A stretch of 20,000 nt of DNA from an uncultured virus (IMG/VR IMGVR_UViG_3300034407_003469) (taxonomy: Duplodnaviria; Heunggongvirae; Uroviricota; Caudoviricetes), in IMG/VR virus record IMGVR_UViG_3300034407_003469. One strand, given 5' to 3'. Numbering within the stretch: the first letter of the stretch is position 1; every line of letters begins with the position of its first letter. Below, piece after piece: positions 16,603-20,000 of this stretch. A program made the position numbers and the translations under genes. The notes under the pieces are model-generated. The model was given only the letters and a program-made list of their open reading frames with translations. It was not told the DNA's origin and made no database searches.

Positions 16603-17485
16603 TATTTTTAAAACCATTTTTATCATATGAATTAATAACAAAAGGTGTATAATCTTTAGAATAATTTAATAAAATGTTATGATTAATATATTTTTCTTCA
16701 TTGGCTTTAAAATCATACCACTTTAATTGTCTTGCCTCTAATTCAGTAAATTCTATATAAAAACTTTTATAATCATATCCGTGTTTATCTAATATGTCTG
16801 TTACTATTTTTTTATTATCTCTATCTACATAAACACAATCTGTAAGCCACATATAAAAATTATCACCCAAGGAATGTGCTATTTCCATCATTACTTCTGC
16901 TACATAATTAATAATTGCCCAATAAAATGGACTGTACTTATTTTTATATTCCCAATTAGTATCAGTATTTTTCAATTTACCATTTTTATAAGTTTCAATA
17001 GTTTCGTGTTTGTTAAGACTACCAATACTTGCTAATAAACCTAATTTGTTTTCTTTTCTTTTTTCCCAACCTTTTTTATATAAATTTTCATTTATAAAAC
17101 CAAGATTATATGCAGTTTTGAAATAACAAGCATTTATATCAATTGCATTAGTTAAATCACGAGGACTATTATTTATAGCTTTTTGAATTTGCATAAAATT
17201 ATATAAAACAAGTTTTGGTCTATATATAATTTTTGGAATAGGTTTGCCACTTTCAATATATGCATCAATATTCCTTCTAACAGAATTGACCATATGAACA
17301 CCGGGTAATATATCACTCTTTTGATGTCCAAAATATAATCGTTTGTTTTGAACTTTATCTTTTTTATTAAATATAATTTTTCTTGTTAACCCACTACTAA
17401 CAACTTGAAAGTCTGATTTGTTATTTTGTAATTTATTTATATCAACAGAAAATCTATTTAAATAACCACCCCTTATAGTTGTCAT
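16595..17485 (-). CDS. Minimal family-B DNA polymerase-like protein (palm/fingers only), 296 aa
   Basis: Motif A-like AIDINACY (D116, Y121), motif B-like KLGLLASIG (K147..G155, same spacing as KxxxNSxYG), motif C-like YMWLTDCVY (D216); no exonuclease motifs seen. Confidence 0.65.
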   Translation of the reverse strand: MTTIRGGYLNRFSVDINKLQNNKSDFQVVSSGLTRKIIFNKKDKVQNKRLYFGHQKSDILPGVHMVNSVRRNIDAYIESGKPIPKIIYRPKLVLYNFMQIQKAINNSPRDLTNAIDINACYFKTAYNLGFINENLYKKGWEKRKENKLGLLASIGSLNKHETIETYKNGKLKNTDTNWEYKNKYSPFYWAIINYVAEVMMEIAHSLGDNFYMWLTDCVYVDRDNKKIVTDILDKHGYDYKSFYIEFTELEARQLKWYDFKANEEKYINHNILLNYSKDYTPFVINSYDKNGFKNND

Positions 17486-17760
17486 TATTTAATTTCACTT
17501 TTTTCACATATTAATACATCTCCTACTATAAAATCTTGTGTTTTTATATATTTTCTAAAATAATAAGTTGCTACATCATTTACTTTTTTATTATTTAATT
17601 TACCTTCTTCATCAATTACCATTATATGTCCATTTATATATATAAACTCTACAATACTACTATTTGTATATTTATACATTTCTTCTAAACTAAATGTTTC
17701 ATTTTTAGGATATACTCTTTTTTCAGTAATTTGTTTGTCAACAGATATTAATCTTGCCAT
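17485..17760 (-). CDS. DUF3846-family protein
   Basis: FSLEEMY..IVEFI..MVIDEEGKL..VNDVAT..DFIVGDVLIC. Confidence 0.8.
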   Translation of the reverse strand: MARLISVDKQITEKRVYPKNETFSLEEMYKYTNSSIVEFIYINGHIMVIDEEGKLNNKKVNDVATYYFRKYIKTQDFIVGDVLICEKSEIK

Positions 17761-17789
17761 ATTTTTATTTGTATTAGTTTAATTTCAAA

Positions 17790-17820
17790 ACAAATATAAT
17801 AATTATTTTTAAAAACAAAT
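17790..17820 (-). promoter_or_regulatory. Conserved promoter, copy 2 (TTTG-N17-TATATTTG)
   Basis: Minus strand TTTGTTTTTAAAAATAATTATTATATTTGT, 30 bp upstream of ATG 17760. Confidence 0.7.
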
Positions 17821-17894
17821 GAATATATTTTAAAAAATGTATTTATATCATATAAAGTATGTAAAAATATATATATAAAAAAAGAATTATATAA

Positions 17895-17975
17895 AGTAAA
17901 AGGACTATATAGTTAAATATAGCCCTTTTGTGAAATCAAACACCACAAAGCAATGGACAGGGATGTCCCGTGGTA
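17895..17975 (-). ncRNA. Candidate ~80-nt small RNA
   Basis: Lies between a TATATTTG element (17979-17986) and the terminator; GC-rich nested stems ACCAC/GTGGT and GGACA/TGTCC. Confidence 0.35.
17898..17929 (-). terminator. Intrinsic terminator-like hairpin
   Basis: Minus RNA AAAAGGGCUAUAU-UUAACU-AUAUAGUCCUUUU pairs fully with one G-U (an A-C mismatch on plus), followed by U-rich sequence. Confidence 0.65.
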
Positions 17976-17978
17976 ACA

Positions 17979-17994
17979 CAAATATACAAATATT
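17979..17994 (-). promoter_or_regulatory. TAnnTTTG promoter element (AATATTTGTATATTTG)
   Basis: Shares 15 identical bp (ATATTTGTATATTTG) with 11104-11118. Confidence 0.5.
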
Positions 17995-18084
17995 TATTAT
18001 ATAAAGAATTTTTTGTATTATTGCATTAGTTAGATAATGGGATTGGTCAACCTAATTGACTGAACATAATACATTTTTGTTTTG

Positions 18085-18117
18085 GAAAAGCCAACTTTAG
18101 ATAGGAGTTGGTTTTTC
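18085..18117 (+). terminator. Terminator-like hairpin (possibly bidirectional)
   Basis: GAAAAGCCAACUUU-AGAUA-GGAGUUGGUUUUUC pairs fully on plus with three G-U pairs; abuts the DUF6165 stop. Confidence 0.55.
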
Positions 18118-18119
18118 TT

Positions 18120-18521
18120 TTAATAAGGTTTATATGATTTTTGTTCAGATATATCAGAACCCATTAATTTATCTATTGATTTTTTTATAGACATTCTTTT
18201 ATCATTAGTAATATATACACTTCTTGCTATATCAATAAAATCATTATCAAATTCTTTATTTCTTTCTTTATCTCTTATGTTATCTTCTATAATCCATAGT
18301 TTACTATTTATATTATATAAATCTTTATATAAAGTATTTATATTTTCTATAACATCTTTATCCATCATTTTATAATATTTTAAATAAACCTGATTTAAAC
18401 TATAAAATTCTATATCTATAAATTTAATTTTTTTTATATCAGTTATTTTTTCTGCCTTAATTTTTAATATAGTTAATTTATCTATTAACTCTCCAAACGA
18501 AACAGGGATGTGTACTGTCAT
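18120..18521 (-). CDS. DUF6165-family protein
   Basis: IPVSFGELIDKLTILKIK..INSKLWIIEDNIR..FIDIARSVYITNDKR..IK..I..LMGSDISEQKSY. Confidence 0.85.
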   Translation of the reverse strand: MTVHIPVSFGELIDKLTILKIKAEKITDIKKIKFIDIEFYSLNQVYLKYYKMMDKDVIENINTLYKDLYNINSKLWIIEDNIRDKERNKEFDNDFIDIARSVYITNDKRMSIKKSIDKLMGSDISEQKSYKPY

Positions 18522-18724
18522 TTTATTATTTTTTTTATAAATGTTTCTACACCTTTAGAAACATATGTTATTAATTCTCTTTCTCTTTTTAATGGAACTT
18601 TAAATACATAATATAAAATTGCATATATTAATACTACTAATGATAAACCAAAAGGTATTACTAATAATACTATATAAATAAATAATAATAATTTATCTAT
18701 AATAGTTAACTTATTGTTTTTCAT
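18518..18724 (-). CDS. Small membrane protein, 68 aa
   Basis: About 30-residue hydrophobic stretch; ATGA overlap downstream. Confidence 0.7.
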   Translation of the reverse strand: MKNNKLTIIDKLLLFIYIVLLVIPFGLSLVVLIYAILYYVFKVPLKRERELITYVSKGVETFIKKIIK

Positions 18725-18971
18725 TTTTATATATGTTATTTATAATTCTAATTTTTATCATTAGTTCATCTTTTGTTAATCTTTCTTCATCTTTATATAT
18801 GTTATTTATAATTCTACACTCTCTTGAACAATAATAATGTTTACCATTAGTTTTATTAAATTTATTTTCACAAACAATACAATTACCTATACCAAATTTA
18901 TGATTTCTTTTTTCAATTTTATTTAAATAAATATTATACGCATTAATATATTTAGATTTTATAGTTTTCAT
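18711..18971 (-). CDS. Small Zn-ribbon protein (CxxC...YCSxxC), 86 aa
   Basis: CIVCENKFNKTNGKHYYCSREC. Confidence 0.75.
   Translation of the reverse strand: MKTIKSKYINAYNIYLNKIEKRNHKFGIGNCIVCENKFNKTNGKHYYCSRECRIINNIYKDEERLTKDELMIKIRIINNIYKNEKQ
18720..18816. repeat. 31-bp direct repeat (30/31; 25-bp perfect core)
   Basis: ttcat[t/c]tttatatatgttatttataattcta at 18720-18750 and 18786-18816, encoding RIINNIYK[D/N]E. Confidence 0.9.
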
Positions 18972-19099
18972 TAACTTTTTTTAATTTTATTATTAATGTT
19001 ATTAATTTTATATTCTATCCATTCATTTAATTTACTTTGAGCATACATTCCAAATGCGAAACATCCACCACCAAATATAATTATTGCTATTGTTTCCAT
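18971..19099 (-). CDS. Small N-anchored membrane peptide, 42 aa (below ORF-track cutoff)
   Basis: METIAIIIFGGGCFAFGMYAQSKLNEWIEYKINNINNKIKKS*; its stop overlaps the next ATG (TAATG). Confidence 0.75.
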   Translation of the reverse strand: METIAIIIFGGGCFAFGMYAQSKLNEWIEYKINNINNKIKKS

Positions 19100-19121
19100 A
19101 TTATTTATTTATTTATATATA

Positions 19122-19220
19122 ATAATATAGTGGGAAGAACAAAAACATTTAATATTAGGGTATTCTTTATTGACCCATTATTATTATTGGTATTATTACC
19201 GAAACTTCCCACTATATTAT
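19122..19220. repeat. Perfect 16-bp inverted repeat enclosing 67 bp with two minor hairpins
   Basis: ataatatagtgggaag (19122-19137) and cttcccactatattat (19205-19220). Confidence 0.9.
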
Positions 19221-19999
19221 AGTTTATTAATTTTATTTTGTAAATCTGCTATCTCTTCATTTATATCATCTAACTCCATTCTATATTGTTGATATGTCAT
19301 TTCTTTATTTGCAAAGGCTTTTGATATGTTTTTTTTCATATCAGTATAATTACTTATTTGTTTTATATATTCACTTTTATCATTATAGCCTAATAAGTCA
19401 CCTATTGGCTTTGGTAATGGTGTTTGAGGTGTTTGTATTGATTTTCCTTTTGGTTGCATTGGTGATTGTATAACTGATGTTCCTGACCCAACACCATTCA
19501 ATACAAAAACATATATACCTTTTTTTATATTACTTTGATTTGGGTCATATTCAAATTCAAAATATGTACTCTTCTTTTTAACTGATTGTCTAAAGTTAAT
19601 ATTATTATATAATTTCTTATAATTACCTATAATGTTTTTATATGGAAATCTCATATTAGGTATTTTAGGTCTTATTAAACTTAAATCTAATATAATAGTA
19701 TCATTTAATTTAAAATAACTTTGACTAAAATTTGCAGTCATTTCATCTTCAAATTGATACCAAGGTATTCCTAATGTTAATGAAGGGGGAAATTGTCTTG
19801 TTCCTTTTTTTTGTATAACTATTCTATTGAACTGTGGAATTAATACACTTAATGGTGTATTAGAATATTCATCTCTTACTCTTCTATATTCTTTATATAA
19901 ATCTTTTCTCTTTAAAGGAGTTCCTGCTTTCTTATAATAATCACTTATAGCTTTAACAATCTGTTGATAACGATTAGCATCGCCTTGTGTAATAAGTTT
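19217..19999 (-). CDS. Hypothetical protein, 5'-partial (>=260 aa), C-terminal coiled coil
   Basis: Frame stays open upstream of the track start 19741 to the window edge (KLITQGDANRYQQIVKAISDYYKKAG...WYQFEDEMTANF...). Confidence 0.8.
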   Translation of the reverse strand, partial: KLITQGDANRYQQIVKAISDYYKKAGTPLKRKDLYKEYRRVRDEYSNTPLSVLIPQFNRIVIQKKGTRQFPPSLTLGIPWYQFEDEMTANFSQSYFKLNDTIILDLSLIRPKIPNMRFPYKNIIGNYKKLYNNINFRQSVKKKSTYFEFEYDPNQSNIKKGIYVFVLNGVGSGTSVIQSPMQPKGKSIQTPQTPLPKPIGDLLGYNDKSEYIKQISNYTDMKKNISKAFANKEMTYQQYRMELDDINEEIADLQNKINKL

Positions 20000-20000
20000 A

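Noticed and set aside
17958..18511. 10-mer acagggatgt shared by the sRNA hairpin and the DUF6165 5' region (18502-18511)
   Set aside because: Too short, and same sense as the mRNA if the sRNA is minus-strand; chance cannot be excluded.
18726..18816. Mini-CRISPR interpretation of the repeat-spacer-repeat
   Set aside because: Only two repeats, non-palindromic, in frame within a coding sequence, and no cas genes in the window.
19130..19212. Hammerhead-like look (stem-GAAAC-stem) on the plus strand
   Set aside because: No CUGANGA core and no NUH cleavage triplet after the GUGGGAAG strand.
19037..19222. Plus-strand 61-aa ORF, and a minus-strand GTG 35-codon ORF across the inverted repeat
   Set aside because: The first conflicts with the coupled 42-aa minus-strand gene; neither has supporting signals.
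1..20000. Stop-codon reassignment, tRNA genes, inteins or introns
   Set aside because: Genes tile tightly under code 11 with TAA, TAG and TGA all used as coupled stops; no tRNA cloverleaf, intein termini or interrupted genes were seen.

Overview
Very AT-rich, gene-dense window, almost entirely minus-strand, most consistent with a large dsDNA phage probably infecting Bacteroidota (inferred from TAnnTTTG promoters, no obvious Shine-Dalgarno motifs and a DUF3127-like SSB). The left half (11083 to <1) is one tightly coupled operon: GPSH-GG/degenerate GNAT-like protein, MoxR-type AAA+ ATPase with large inserts, HExxH metallopeptidase, Cys-rich small protein, vWA protein, a stand-alone and apparently inactive DarB-type adenine methyltransferase homolog, three small unknown ORFs, and a >1330-aa DarB/COG4646-like SNF2 helicase that the ORF track missed. 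The right half has a glycosyltransferase, a probable replication module, a 296-aa minimal PolB-like protein, DUF3846, DUF6165, small membrane proteins, two candidate structured RNAs and an apparent template-switch repeat mosaic. All family assignments are by-eye motif recognition, not database searches.
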